Notes: a model not told the origin generated them from the letters alone. Counted from the first letter of the stretch, positions 31,151 to 48,852 are shown. The stretch is 64,000 nucleotides of DNA from Eledone cirrhosa (GCA_964016885.1 OZ024745.1:25544001-25608000); one strand, 5' to 3'. A program made the numbers and translations.

Positions 31151-31353
31151 GCCTGTTTAATATACAATTTAATATTTATTAATATTAACTACCAACATAA
31201 TCGCAATTAATATCAATTTCAGTGATACCATTTGATTGTCGAATGGACATTCCTGATGATTTCAAACGAATGAAACAGTTCTGGTTATGTAGAAACTATT
31301 TCTATATAATAAATATATATATATTTACATAAGTGCATATATATATATATATT

Positions 31354-31410
<57 letters not shown>

Positions 31411-31411
31411 A

Positions 31412-31442
<31 letters not shown>

Positions 31443-31464
31443 TTGTGTGTGTTTGTGTATGTAT

Positions 31465-31541
<77 letters not shown>

Positions 31542-31550
31542 TGTATGTAT

Positions 31551-31590
<40 letters not shown>

Positions 31591-31706
31591 GGAATGAATG
31601 TCCTAGGATATTTCAAAGAATATTTCTATTATCAGACCACTTTCTAAACAAACACAAATAAAGAGTAAGAAAATAGTGAAAGCCATATGCATGATTGTGG
31701 GTTTGT

Positions 31707-31917
31707 ATCTCTCTATCTATCTCTATCTATCTCTCTATCTATCTATCTCTCTATCTATCTATCTCTCTATCTATCTCTCTATCTATCTATCTATATCTAT
31801 CTATCTATCTATTTATCTCTCTATCTATCTATCTCTCTATCTATCTCTCTATCTATCTATCTATATCTATCTATCTATCTATCTATCTATCTCTCTATCT
31901 ATCTCTCTATCTATATA

Positions 31918-31952
<35 letters not shown>

Positions 31953-31955
31953 TTA

Positions 31956-32040
<85 letters not shown>

Positions 32041-32070
32041 CTCTATCTATATATCTATCTATCTATATAT
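31707..32070. repeat. (CTAT)n microsatellite
   Basis: Direct inspection. Confidence 0.9.
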
Positions 32071-32146
32071 CAATATATATACACACGTATATGTATATAC
32101 ATATACACACACATCTATCTATATATCTCTATATCTCTATATATAC

Positions 32147-32189
<43 letters not shown>

Positions 32190-32269
32190 TATTTATCCAA
32201 CTATATGTACACACACACACACACACACATGTATATATATATGTGTGTGTGTATAGAGAGAGAAAGAGG

Positions 32270-32353
<84 letters not shown>

Positions 32354-32538
32354 TGCGTATATATATATATATGCATATTTATATGTGTATGGATACATAT
32401 GTGTATATATAAATATAGTGAGAAAGAAAGAGTGAGAGATTAAATGGGAGATGGTAAAGCGAGTGGGAGAAGAGCAATTATACACATGCGTGTGTGTGTG
32501 TGTGTGTGCGTTTATATGTGTGTGTGTGTGTGTGCGTT

Positions 32539-32572
<34 letters not shown>

Positions 32573-33039
32573 TGTGTGTGCGTTTGTATGTGTGTGTGTG
32601 TGTGCGTTTGTAAGTGTGTGTGTGTGTGTGCGTGTGTGTGCGTTTGTGTGTGTGTGTGTGTGTGTGTGTGCGCGTTTGTATGTGTGCGTGTACACACACA
32701 CACAAACACATATATATATAGAAAGTGAGGGCAAAGAGAGTGGGAGAGTGAGATAGCGCGAGGGAGGGAAATATATTTTTTTTATGAATGTGGAATATCA
32801 CTTGGGTTAGTATGTATTCCCGTGACCCGTTTGTGGGTTGTAGGTATGTCAAATATGTATGTATGTATGTGTATATATGTGTGTGTATGTGTGTATATGT
32901 GTATATATGTGTGTGTATATATGGGGATGTGGGTCACGACAGCATGTTACCAATCCCTGCAACATTCAATATTTTAGTAAAGCTATACTTTCAACACACC
33001 CTGGCATATCTTGGAGAATTCTCTGCCTAGCAAATATCT

Positions 33040-34225
33040 AGACACACACACATACACACATACAGCCACACACATACAGACACACACATACACACATACA
33101 GAGAGATACACACATACACACAGACACACACACACATACACACATACAGCCACACACATACAGACACACACATACACACATACACACATACAGAGACATA
33201 CACACATACAGAGACATACACACATACACACAGACACACACACACATACACACATACACACATACATACAGAGACACACACACACATACAAACAGACACA
33301 CAGACACATACATACAGATATACAGACACATACACACATACACACAGACACACATACACACATACACACAGACACACAGACACACATACACATACATACA
33401 CACACATACACATACACACATACATACAGAGACACAGACACACATACATACAGAGACACAGACACACATACACACATACACACAGACACACATACATACA
33501 GACATACATACAGACATACATACAGAGACACAGACATACAGATACACAGACATACACACACACACAGATACACAGACACGAACACACACACACAGACACA
33601 CACACAGATGACAGACACATACACACATACACACAGACACGAACACACACAGACACATACACACACACATATACACACAGACATGAACACACACACAGAC
33701 AGACACAGAGACACACAGACACACACATACACAGACACGAACACACACAGACACATACACACACACACACACGAACACACGCACACACACACAGATACAC
33801 ACACACGAACACACACACAGATACACATATACACAGATACACAGAAACACACACATACACGAACACAGACACACACACATATACACACATACACACAAAC
33901 ACGAACACACACAGACACATACACACACATATACACACAGACATGAACACACACACAGACACACACACACAGACAGACACACAGACACACAGACACACAC
34001 ACACACATACACACAGACACGAACACACACATACACATACTCACACACACATATACACACAGACACGAACACACGCACACACACAGATACACACACACGA
34101 ACACACACACAGATACACATATACACAGATACACAGAAACACACACATATACACACAGAGACACGAACACACACACACAGACACACACACAGACACGAAC
34201 ACACACACACAGATACACACACACA
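33040..34225. repeat. Complex degenerate (CA)n-based repeat
   Basis: CA runs punctuated by TA, GA and CGAA. Confidence 0.9.
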
Positions 34226-34454
34226 CATATATATATATATAATGTTTAACGAAGGAGTTGTGTGGTAAGATACCAGGTGGACCATAACGACCAGAGTACT
34301 CAATACTTAGGGTAGTAGCGTGGGTAATAGGAAAATATTCAAGACCCCGACGGCAGAGCTCAAGCCATTTCGACGGCTATTTCTGGATGCGTCCAGAAAT
34401 AGCCGTCGAAACGGCTTGAGCTCTGCCGTCGGGGTCTTGAACATTTTCCTATAA

Positions 34455-34665
34455 TGTTTAATATAAAAATGGTTTCTCCAGGACTAGAACTGTTTCATTC
34501 AAAATAAATCATAAGAAGAGGGCTTTCCTGGTGTTTTATTTTTTTGAATGAAACAGTTCTAGTCCTGTAGAAGCCATTTCTATATTAAACATATATGTTT
34601 ACACTCTACTAATGTATTGAGTACCTTACTTACTGTGGTTACTCCCCGATTGAACCCGGGACTTA
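34455..34665. mobile_element. PLE-like family E fold-back
   Basis: Arms around gaatgaaacagttctagtcc, plus a tail. Relatives at about 31250-31300 and 40870-41050 carry CTGATGA or CTAATGA upstream. Confidence 0.6.
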
Positions 34666-34705
34666 TATATATATACACATATACTGTATATACACACACA
34701 CACAT

Positions 34706-34773
<68 letters not shown>

Positions 34774-34775
34774 TG

Positions 34776-34873
<98 letters not shown>

Positions 34874-36878
34874 TATATAAGCCAGCAGATATACTGGTGG
34901 CTTAGTTCGGATCTAGCTGTCGAAACGGCCGGAGCTCAGCCGTCGGGGTCCTGACTCTTTTCCTATTACCCACTCTACTTCCCTAAGTATCGAGTACTCT
35001 GGTCGTTATGGTCCACCTGGTATCTTACCACACCTTCTTTGTTATATATATATATATATAAATATATATATATTCATATATACACATATATACAGGACCT
35101 ATTTGAATTATTTATGTATTACCAGTGGTTTCATAGACATAGTACATGTATATATATATACATACATTGGATGGAAATTTATCCAGTTGTTCTACACCCC
35201 AGCGATTATGTCAATTCCCCGGCTAACAACCGGTTTTATATGATGGTATGTGCACAAAATTCATATAACTTTCTAATTTATATTTCACCTGTACTCAGGA
35301 ACATGGATGGTTACGTCAGTTCCCCTGGTAATATAGGTAAAAATATTACAATATCATCAAATCAAAACATTATAAACCCAAGTCTATTTTACCAAATTAA
35401 AATTATATTCCCAATATTAATTACAAAGTAATATTTCTAGTCTTCCGAGCATCAATTCACAGAGCCATTATTTCAGTCACGTGCATGAGGTGATTTCACA
35501 ACTAAGATTCTCATATTTAATAACCCGTCTTCAGTTATCGTTAATCTCGTAATATTTTAACACGAATTACGAGGGTCGGTTGAAAAGTTCATCGGTTGAA
35601 AGGTTCATAGGCTGACCAAGTTACTCTCATGGAATGACCAAATGAAGTTTATTTTTCAACATAGTCCCTGAAACGAAACAATACGAAGAGTTGGAATTAA
35701 TGCATGCAAGATTTCATAGCAATAGCATCACTCCTTCATAGTTAGCCTAGAATCTTTTAAGTCCTCTCTAGTACTATAGTTGAATTCATTCAACTAATGC
35801 CAAAACTAATGAGAAAGAAAGCTTTAAAAACAGCTCTTTTAAATCGGAATGTTCATGCAAGATTTCACAGCTCTAACATCATTCCTAGTACTATAGTTGA
35901 ACTCATTCAACTAATGAGAAAGAAAATCATGTGTGTCGAAATGTTCATGCAAGATTTCATAGCTCTAGCATCATTCCTTCATAGTCAACCTATGAAAGTT
36001 TCAACCAACCTACGTAAAATTCTGAAATATTTTTCATCTCATGCACCTGTTGCATATAGGATGCAAAATATTCATATACACGTGTGTTTTCTGTCATACA
36101 TTTATCATAAACAGAGACGGATGGAGTGGGATTCTCGAATGATACATAAATATTCAGATTAAAAGTTCTGACAGTAAAGGGGGATGGGAATATCAGGCAA
36201 AAACTGGGTTTCTTTTTCTTTTTCAAGAAAGGGTCTGCCAAAATTAAGGTGCGTCTGATAAGGTCGTGTGCCTTTAAACGAATATATATGTATGTGTCTG
36301 TGTGTGTGTGCGTGTGTGTGTGTGTGCATGTATGTGTGTGCGTATATATGTATGTGTGTATATATATGTGTGTATATGTATGATTGTATGTATGTATGTA
36401 TGCATGCGTGAATGTATGCACGTATGTATGTATGTATGCACGTATGTATGTATATATGTGTCATCATATAAGACTGTTTTATTAATTTATATACTTATTT
36501 ATTATGGGGAAATTTTGCTCAAGCCGCCACCGCCATCACCACCACCGCCACCATCGCCGCCGCCACCACTCCCACCCCGCCACCACTGCCACCGCTGCCC
36601 CAACACTATGATATCCTATCACTCCCTACATCTTTTACTCCATCGTATTTTCAATCCCCGATCCCACGTCGTCCCAGATATCAACTACATCACGCCCACC
36701 TTTCTTTGTCTTACGTGTACCTGTCCTTCACCCCAAATTACATGGGTGGATATACAAGGAGTGTTTGCTAGTTTGGTCAATCAGCTCAGATATAGTCATT
36801 ACTTTATCACCTAACCTCCTCTTGCATCATCATTATTTTTATATTATTTTTATATCCTTGCTATTGTTGTTGTTGTTA

Positions 36879-36947
<69 letters not shown>

Positions 36948-37444
36948 GTTGCTGTTATTTCATTTTTTTTTTTTTTTTCAAAGGATTGGATTATAAATTT
37001 GGCGATTTGCTTGCTTCGTATCTTCTTGAATGTTGAATATCGCTTGAGGTGTATGAGAAGATGTTTTTAGCAACGACTTTGCTCTCCCCTGCAAGAAGCT
37101 CAAACCATAGACGTCTTCCAATGTGTAGAAAGTAGCAGATTTGGCAATGAAACGGTAAGCACCAAATTTGAAATTTTCTTTTGCTTTTATTTTTGCATTT
37201 AATCTATTCGTTGTTTTCATTATTATCATCATCATCTCAGCAACCATAGTCATCATCCTCATCATCAGGTTGCCAAATTGTAGTGCACTACTTTTTAAGA
37301 CTGCACGTTTTTATGGTGAGGTGGGTTGAGGGTTGCTTGCTAGTATAAAATTGAATTGTTATTTTAATAAAATGGAAGAAACTTATTGAAAATTATATTA
37401 AAACAACTAAGGAATTAAAATCAACTTACCTGCAATCCTTATAT

Positions 37445-37672
37445 ATATATAGTAATAATAATAAACGTGAAGACTAAAATCCAAAGAGGGTTCGATAAAG
37501 ATAAATATATATCAAATATATAAGAAGCCTAGAGCAAATATTTATTAAAATAACAGATTAAAGTTTAAGCAAAGAATCGCTGCTTTCACCCTTAACGGGA
37601 TCTTCTGAAGATCCCGTTAAGGGTAAAAGCAGCGATTCTTTGCTTAAACTTTAATCTGTTATTTTAATAAAT
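37445..37672. mobile_element. PLE-like family D fold-back with axis on the hammerhead core
   Basis: Palindrome centred on T37606 (tcttc-T-gaaga). Reads C[T/A]GAAGA-TCCC-gttaa-GGGT-GAAA-GCA...TGCT-T-AAA. Confidence 0.75.
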
Positions 37673-37846
37673 TAATATATATACATATACACATATATAT
37701 ATATATGTGTATGTGTATGTGTGAGCATTATACTGTTCACTAAGCAGCTGAATTATTTTATAAATTCACCCTATACTCTTTCTACGGATATATTTTTTCA
37801 AATTCCATCCCGCCCGTCCCCTCAATCTATCTTGTTTCTCATTCTT

Positions 37847-37882
37847 TCTTCTGATGAAGGACTAGCGTCCGAAACGTTAAGA
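37847..37882 (+). ncRNA. Minimal type I hammerhead ribozyme motif
   Basis: TCTT-CTGATGA-A-GGAC-tagc-GTCC-GAAACGT-T17-AAGA. Stem III is only the palindrome ACGT. Confidence 0.8.
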
Positions 37883-37963
37883 CCTTCTTCCTGCTATATC
37901 AAGCGTTAACCTAATATATACCTTCCATATACTGTACCGATTGTGTTGTTATTTTTGTTTACC

Positions 37964-38020
<57 letters not shown>

Positions 38021-38329
38021 CATATATATACATATATATACATATATATATACACACATATATTCGTATATATGAGGAACAGTCTTTCTTTGGTGTTATT
38101 AAAGACCCGACAAGGTTCGAGTTTAACATTTCTTTTATCAAAATTTCCCTTAAATCTTCATTCGTCCTCCATTGCAGCTCGTTTGGAACTTATCAGTTCC
38201 ATATACTCATACACACACACGCCCTCACACACATGTACACGCACACAGCCATCATCATGGCCATCACGAGCCTCGTCATCTCCACCACCACCACCAACAC
38301 CTATACCAGCTTCTGTGATTTTTGTACTT

Positions 38330-39240
38330 AATTAAACTTCCTGCTTTATATCCCTCGAGAACACGGTCCCGAGATACTTAAAACTTCTCCAACTGCTTCA
38401 GTGGAATTATACTCACATGTAGAGTGCACTGCATAGGCTTCCTTCAGAGAACGAGTGTCTCAGTTTACGCAGCACTGATTTTTATTCCAGCCATGCATCA
38501 TTCGTCATCAAACCTATCAAGTGCATGTCGGAGATCACATTTTGACGAGTTAAATAGTACCATGTCGTTCGTTAATTCCAGCCGACTGATTTTACAGCCG
38601 CCAGTCGCGATATCATTTCCAACCCGGCTATGCATGTCAATCCTGTCCATGGAGATTATGAACAGGAGAGGTGACAGTATACCCTGTTGGCAGAGTCCGA
38701 CATTCACATTGAATAGTTTCAAATTACCACTATTTATCCGAACACAAATACTCGGGCATTTGCATAGAAACATCAAGGCAACAAAAAGTTGTCTATCGAT
38801 CCTATTCTCCCGCAGAACCTTCCACAACAGATCATGTGGAATGCGGTAATATGGCTTTTCGAGATCTACAAAACAAGACTACACCTCTTGGTAATACTCT
38901 CACGATTTCTCAAAGACCTACCGCAGTGTGAATATTTGGTTGGATGTGCTGCGTCCAAGGCGATAAACCACACTGTTCGTCAGCTAGCTTGGACTCGACA
39001 ATATCTATGTCTATCCATTGCCAGACACATAACGTAGACTTTAACGGGAAGACTTAAGGGGATCCCTCTATATTTGGAGTAATCTCTCTTGTCTCCCTTT
39101 TTGAAATTTGGGATTATCACTCCTGATTGCCATGGCTTAGGTGTCTTTCTGATCCAGGCCACCTGACACATATGTGTCAGTCAGAGAATACATTCTATAT
39201 TCAAGGCTTTTAACATCCTCTCCTGAGGCTTTGCCACATT
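38330..39240 (-). pseudogene. RTE-clade reverse transcriptase remnant
   Basis: Peptides WQSGVIIPNFKKGDKRDYSKYRGI and FNVNVGLCQQGILSPLLFIISMD. Frameshifted. Confidence 0.85.
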
Positions 39241-39472
39241 TGAGCTCTTATATCTAACATCATGTTACATATGCATAGATGTATACAGATACATATACTC
39301 GTATCCACACACACATACTCACACGCAGAGAAGCTCACAAACACACACACGTGTATATGGTTGATTGGTGAAGGAATTTGCTTTGCAGCTAACTGATTCT
39401 GCATTTAATCCCACTCACATTGAACAATGCACTATAATTGCAGAAGCCCGTCGTATATCTATATATCTATAT

Positions 39473-39564
<92 letters not shown>

Positions 39565-39683
39565 TAAAGTTGAGACAGTAAACAGAAAGCAAAAAGCAAA
39601 AAAACGTGGAAGCGAAATATATATATATACATAAATTGCCATATATTTTTCTTCCTCATAATCGTCTCTTTCTCCCTGTTTTC

Positions 39684-39714
<31 letters not shown>

Positions 39715-39734
39715 TATATATATACATATATATA

Positions 39735-40830
39735 TATATATGGCAATTTCTGTCTGTTTGTTTGTTTGTGAACCTAAAACTCAAAATCTACCAAACCGAT
39801 CCTGATGAAACTTAACACGTATGTGGGGCTCATGCCCATTTGATTTCTTACGTATATTTCATTTTAATCAACGGGCTCAAACCCCCGCTGAAAATTTTTT
39901 CCCTTCGATCTATATGAAATTTAAACCATAGGTAAATGATAAGATATGATGCCTATTCACAAAATTTCAGCAGATTTCAATAATATTAAGACACCCTATT
40001 GGGGGTTAAACCCTCTGAAAATAGCAATTTCTGTTTCTGTTTGTGTGTGTTTGCTTGTGGATTTGTTTGTGAACCTAAAACTCAAAAACTACCAAACCGA
40101 TCTTGATGAAACTTAACGCGTGTGTGGGGCTCATGCCCATTTGATTTCTTACGTATATGTCATTTTAATCAAAGGGTTCCCTGGGGTCTCAAACCCCCGT
40201 TGAAATATTTTCCCCTCGATTTATATGAAATTTAAACCATAGGTAAAAGACAAAATATGATGCCTATTCACAAAATTTCAGCAAATTTCAATAATATTAA
40301 GACACCCTAATGGGGTTAAACCACCTATAGTGAAAATTTTGGCCAATAAATGGAACAAGATTACACGAACCTCTCCTATGGTTTTGGGAAAGACCCCCCA
40401 GAACCATATATATTCTGAAACTACATTGCCCAGGGTACTTGGATAAGTATATTTCATTTTAATCAAAGGGTTCCCCGGGAGCACAAAACCCCCGCTGAAA
40501 ATATTTTCCCCTCGAATTATATGAAATTTATACCATATGTAAATGACAAGATATTCACAAAATTTCAGCATAATTCAATAACATTAAGACACCCTAATGG
40601 GGGCTCTATTTTTTTCCTTATAGCAACATCCAACTTCTCTGACAAACATTTTGCGCCTGACCAATGCAATCAACAATATTTGTTTGTATTATTGTTTCGT
40701 AAATGAATTTGTCTTCGCTTTTGATTATCTGTCCTATATTTTGATTTCATTTTTGGTCTGCGAGGCATTGTGCATTTTAATGGGAACTGGGAATACCCCC
40801 GCTCCCGGGAATTACCGCGTACCTCAGCTA

Positions 40831-40831
<1 letters not shown>
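39735..40831 (+). mobile_element. Non-autonomous Helitron-like element with internal about 250-bp tandem repeats
   Basis: 5' gcaatttctgtctgtttg, about three internal repeat units, subterminal hairpin and a CTAG|T end at 40828-40831. Confidence 0.65.
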
Positions 40832-40865
<34 letters not shown>

Positions 40866-41050
40866 CATGAAATCATCAGAAATTATCCCTAATGATTTCA
40901 TACGTTCATACGAATGAAACAGTTCTAGTCCTGTAAAATCATTTATATATATATATATATAATAAAGATGTCCATATACTACCAATGTATTGAGTACCTT
41001 TTTTTAACTGTGGTTACCCCCTTTCTTGACACAACTCGGGAACCTACATA

Positions 41051-41107
<57 letters not shown>

Positions 41108-41204
41108 TGTGTGTGTGTGTCTGTGTCTGTGTCTGTGTCTGTGTCTGTCTGTCTGCCTCTGCATGCGTGTGAGTCTGTGTCTGAGTGTGTGTGTGTGCGT
41201 ATGA

Positions 41205-41235
<31 letters not shown>

Positions 41236-41263
41236 AGTCTGTGTGTGTGTGTGTGAGTCTGTC

Positions 41264-41341
<78 letters not shown>

Positions 41342-41671
41342 TCTGTCTGTGTGTGTGTGTGAGTCTGTCTGTGTGTGTGTGTGTGTGTGAGTTGAGATAG
41401 TTAGGTAGCAACGTAATTAATTCTGTCATGTATTTACACACTTATCCGAGTGGATACTAGCGCTCCATCCGTGGTAACTGGATAGGACAAAAGTTTTAGG
41501 ATTGATAGCTTCCAGTCTGGTGCTGACATGAAACTTTGGGAGTTCATAGCCCTTTCTCTACATACATACATACATACATACATACATACATACATACATA
41601 CATACATACATACATTCATATATACATACATACATACATACATACATTCATATACACATACATACATACAT

Positions 41672-41790
41672 CAAAATTTGCAAAACATTCTTGCGATTCA
41701 AGGGATGACAATTTCTTTTCTTTTACAACCTTGCCACTAGGCAGGTGGCCGGTCAAAAAAATATACTCAAAATTAAGAGAAAGAGAAAAC
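41672..41790 (+). mobile_element. R4/Dong-like 3' end fragment in (CATA)n
   Basis: Near-identical to 42258-42377. Confidence 0.75.
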
Positions 41791-41876
41791 ATACATACAT
41801 ACATACATACATACATACATACATACATACATACATACATACATACATACATACATACATACATACATACATACAT

Positions 41877-42377
41877 TGAGACAGATGGCACAGATGGCAC
41901 TAAGGAATACTGGTGGAACCTGAAAATAAAAACTGCCACCAAATTAAAGCACAACCGGCCTGATATTGTAGTTTGGGACCACACATTGAAAACGTGTTCT
42001 GTTGTGGAGATCAGCTGCCCACTTGATGTAAACGTTGTCAGAAAAATACAGGAGAAGGAGGACATCTACGGACCATTGATGAGGAGTTTACAAATCCAGT
42101 ATCCAAGATACACCTTTAGCTTCATACCCATCATTATTGGTGCTACGGGTTATATACCAACCCGCTTGGACCAAAGTATGACTGAACTTGGATTTGCGGA
42201 CAAAAAGCGCAGCTCCCTAATTCATAGTCTACAAATGGCTGCGATAGCTGGCACCTTCAAAATTTGCAAAACATTCTTGCGATTCAAGGGATGACAATTT
42301 CTTTTCTTTTACAACCTTGCCACCAGGAAGGTGGCCGGTCAAAAAATATACTCAAAATTAAGAGAAAGAGAAAACAT
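41877..42377 (+). mobile_element. R4/Dong-like non-LTR retrotransposon 3' fragment encoding a restriction-like endonuclease
   Basis: Open frame to 42294: ...HNRPDIVVWD...VVEISCPLD...KIQEKEDIY...PIIIGATG, the PD-(D/E)XK restriction-like endonuclease pattern of R2/R4 elements. (CATA)n on both sides. Confidence 0.85.
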
Positions 42378-42551
42378 TCATATATACATACATATATACA
42401 TACATACATACATACATACATACATACATTCATACATTCATACATACATTCATATATACATACATATATACATACATACATACATACATACATACATACA
42501 TACATTCATACATACATTCATACATACATTCATATATACATACATTCATAC

Positions 42552-43160
42552 ATGGTGGCTGCCAACTCGTTTTCGAGTACGGCCACTACTTTATATCCAT
42601 GTAGGAGAACCCCTACCGATGCGCTGAACGAGTGTGACTTTTTAGTCCAGCCAGCGACTTGAAAACTCTGGTACAAACACTACACTTGTGACAATTACTG
42701 ACACATAGTGCTGGGCCCATGGTACCATGTGACGACAAGTGCAGAGAGATCTCCAGATATAAAGCAATGCCTGTGCCGTGAAGCTTTTATAGTGAGCAAA
42801 GGCACTGCACAAAGCCAGTCCCACTCTCTTAACCAAGATGATATTTACCAAAAAGAAGAACAAGTCAACATCATTGGATACCATCAGGGTTGCAGGTGTT
42901 ATATCAGAGTTTTCCTTCTCCTAGAATTCTGCCTTGACAAAGGCTAAGGGGTCATCTCTCCCGGTGATTTTGGATGGCCATTGACTCTTAAGAGCTCCTT
43001 TGCCCTTTGACAGGTTTTGTTTTTAGTCCTGCAGGATGTCCAAAGTCACCCTCCTCACCAAGAAACCTTGGTGGGGTTGCCAGTTTAGTCGCCAACGACC
43101 CGACCATGGGACAGGTTGTACTGGGATACATGTTACCAGTAGCACCAACTGGTGACCTGA
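42552..43160 (-). mobile_element. Non-autonomous RTE-derived element with (TATG)n tail
   Basis: Minus strand has ctaggagaaggaaaactctga, typical of RTE 5' UTRs. Related pieces at about 16680-16900 and 53145-53690. Confidence 0.5.
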
Positions 43161-43655
43161 CATACATATATACATTCATACATACATACATACATTCATA
43201 CATGCATACATACATACATTCATACATGCATACATACATTCATACATACATATATACATACATACATTCATACATACATACATACATACATACATACATA
43301 CATTCATACATACATACATTCATACATACATACATTCATACATACATCCCTGCATACATACATACATACATACATACATACATACATACATACATACATA
43401 CATACATACATACATACACACATACATACATATACAACTATCTGTAGAGCGTCAGACACCATGCTTTGCAGTATAGAGTTATGGATAACCCTAACCCTAA
43501 CCCTAACTTTACCTTTCATCCTTACGGGGTCGATAATGAACTAGGATAATTGCTGGCCTTGTGCCGAAGTAGAAACAATTATACATAGATGGGGTGGACA
43601 ATATAGTAGTAGTCAAGCACGAGGGGAGAAACACTTGTGTCTAAATTTGAAATAA

Positions 43656-43677
43656 TCTCTATATATAAAACTGAGGA

Positions 43678-43737
<60 letters not shown>

Positions 43738-44323
43738 AGTTTGAATCCCTAAAACTTGAGAAGAACCCAACCGATTTTTTTCAAACTTTTCATGTGTATT
43801 ACTTATGTTTCAGGGAGTGTTTATGCACATGTAAGAATTCAACCTTTTGATCCTCTAGCAAAACTGCGTTTTTTTCAGCCTTTTAGGTGTTTTTTGAGGC
43901 GTTACGTCAGACCGATATCCTTGAAATTGTAACTATGTATTACTCAGTCTCTTCTTCATAGCGCGAGCAAAGAAAATCCAACTATTTTATGACCTAGGGC
44001 CTGCATTAGGGGAAAAACTTCATTTTTTCAGCTTTTTAGGGCTTTTTGAGGCGTTACGTCTAGCCGATTTTCCCAAAATTTCAAGGCATATTATGTACAT
44101 AAAAAACAACAACATTTTCTTGATCCCCTAGGGCCAACATTAGATGAAAACCTGCATTTTTCCTGTTTCATCGAGGAAAATCTTAAAGATTATCCAGCCA
44201 TCAGAGTATTCGGTTTATTTTCTTTACATATTGTGCAGGCATGCAGTTTTTCCACTATTAGGTCTGTTGGCGGCCCGCGTTCAAAAATACCTTATACCGT
44301 GCAACGCCGGGTACCACTGCTAG
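43656..44323 (+). mobile_element. Non-autonomous Helitron
   Basis: A|TC start (tctctatatataaaa), subterminal hairpin accgtgcaacgccgggt, CTAG|T end. Confidence 0.75.
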
Positions 44324-44433
44324 TTATTAATGTAGTTGAATGATTTTGTTTGATTTCTATCCATTTAGAATCAATTTGAGCTTCTGATTATTGATTATTG
44401 ATACGGTATTTTCGTTAGTGGTGTGAATATCAG

Positions 44434-45180
44434 CTCTTCTTCTTCTTCTTCTTCTTCTTCTTCTTCTTCTTCTTCTTCTTCTTCTTCTTCTTCTTCTTCT
44501 TCTTCTTCTTCTTCTCTCACTTATTCTTCTTCTTCTTCTTCTCTCACTTATTCCTGAGTCCCCAAACCCTCCTTCCAGTGGGCCCTGTCAAAACCAACTG
44601 TCTCCAACTGATCCAGCTGGACCCCCAAGCAAGTCCAGCCAAGCTCATGGATGTTATCCAACCTTCTCGTTTGTTGTCTACCCCTGGATCTCCTGCCGGA
44701 TGCTTTTCCCCGTAAAATCTGTCCAGCGATTCATTCCTGAGACATTCTAACCACATGGCCATAGTATTGGATCTGTGATCTCTCAATTCGTAGAAGTAGC
44801 TACTCTACTTGGAGTGCCTCACTCATCTCCGAGCTACGTACTCTATCGAGTAACGTTACTCCAAAGACCCTTCGGAAGAACGCCATTTCGGCCACTTGTA
44901 TTCGTGATCGTATTCTTTCGGTCATTACCCAAGATTCATCACTATAGGACCCGTAACTCATATTTGAGTCGTAGGGGCGCCGCGGTGACATATAACTTGT
45001 TGGATACCTTAAAATTTGTGAGCCCATCTCCTCTCCAGTTCTGAAGGCACTGAGCTGGCCAGCCGCAGGTGTGAGTCCCGCGAGCTGGAATGGCTTTTCC
45101 AGCGCGTCTCCCTTGCCGTCCTCCGGGGAAACGCCCCCTCTATTCTGTCCGCCGGGGCTGTGGGGAGGTCACCAATATGG
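44434..45180 (-). mobile_element. Internally deleted RTE-like LINE with (GAA)n tail
   Basis: Peptide SYSDESWVMTERIRSRIQVAEMAFFRRVFGVTLLDRVRS, the RTE post-RT region. (TTC)n lies at its 3' end, with a GC-rich 5' piece. Confidence 0.75.
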
Positions 45181-45689
45181 TTGACTGACTTGTCATTTTA
45201 TCAGTCAGATGTTCTAATGATTGTATGATATTAAATAACTGTTGACTATATAGAGGAAAAGACAAACTTAGGAGAGAACTGCCGTTTTATAAAAGTAGCT
45301 AACTTTTTGCGTTCCCTGAGATAAAGTAACATTCTCCTTGTTTTAGAAACATCTTAAAAAAAAAAAATCCTTCTTCAATTTAAAAAAAAAACAAAAAAAG
45401 AAAAGATGTCGACTATATCCGCCACAGCATTTCACTGATAATTTATTAGTTTTTTAAAACCACGGAAAGGATAAAAGCAAAGTTAATTTTGGCGGGATTT
45501 GAACTCAGACTGTAAAGACCAGGAACAAATATCACAAGGTACTTGGTCGACGCTCTACCGATTCAGGCAAATAATTCTTTCTACATTTGGCACAAGGCCA
45601 GAAATAACCCAGTGCATTACTGGTACTTTATTTTATTGACTCCGTAAGGATGAAAGGCAAAGTTAACCTCGACGGGATTTGAACTCAGA

Positions 45690-47875
<2,186 letters not shown>

Positions 47876-48609
47876 AGCACTGTTCTACTTTCACATCCTT
47901 TCCTCCTCAAACTTTTCCCAACTAATTTTTTCAAACTTTGTCTGCCTGTCTGTCAGTCTGTCCCCCCCCACTCCCCCTCTCTCTCACTCGAACACATCTC
48001 TCTCCTCATCTCTCCCTCATACTTTCCCCCCTCTCTCTCATTCTTTCTCTCTACCCTTCCTCTTTCTCTTACACTCGAAAATATACTCTCTCCCTCACAT
48101 TTCTTTCTCTCCCACATTCTCTCTCTCCACACTCTTTCTCTCTCTCCTACTCTCTCTCCCTCACTCACTCTCCCCACTCTCTCTCCTCCACTCTCTTTCT
48201 CTCGCATATACTCTCTCACTTTCTCTCTCTCCCCACTCTCTCTCTCTCTCTCACTCTCTCTCTATCATATACTCTCTCCCTCACTTTCTCTCTCTTCCCC
48301 ACACACTCTCTCTCCTTTCGTTTCTCCTTCTCTCTCTCTATCATATGCTCTCTCCCCCACTTTCTCTCTCCTTCTCTCCCCCCGCCTCTCTAGCATATAC
48401 TCTCTCCCCACTCTACAACTAACAAAGTTCGTTATCTATAATTATCAGATTGAAAGGAATGTACTTACAAATAATAAGTTTCCGTCCCGGGCACTTAATG
48501 TCACACACTCCCACTTAATGTCACACACTCCCACACGGATACAAGGTAAAAAAGAAACAATAAAAAAAATAACAGATGGAAAAAAAGAGATAGAAGAATG
48601 ATACAAATA

Positions 48610-48662
<53 letters not shown>

Positions 48663-48852
48663 GATAAATCTACCAAAATATACGGTAGTGTCCAATCCGT
48701 ATGAAGAACTCAATGTAATCCAAATATCACGAAAAGAGAAGATGCATTCAAAATTTTTCGATGAAAATCATAGGAAAACAGAGTCAAGATAAATTAATAA
48801 AAACAATGAATAAAAACAAAGAAAAGTTCCTTATATTAAAAAATTCATCATT

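Noticed and set aside
39800-39815. CTGATGAAAC in the Helitron-like repeat as a hammerhead
   Set aside because: There is no stem II between the core halves, and the next repeat unit reads TTGATGA.
43040-43160. HDV-like ribozyme at the 5' end of the RTE-derived element (minus strand)
   Set aside because: A 7-bp GGTCACC/GGTGACT helix exists, but no P3/L3, P1.1 or J4/2 could be assigned by eye.
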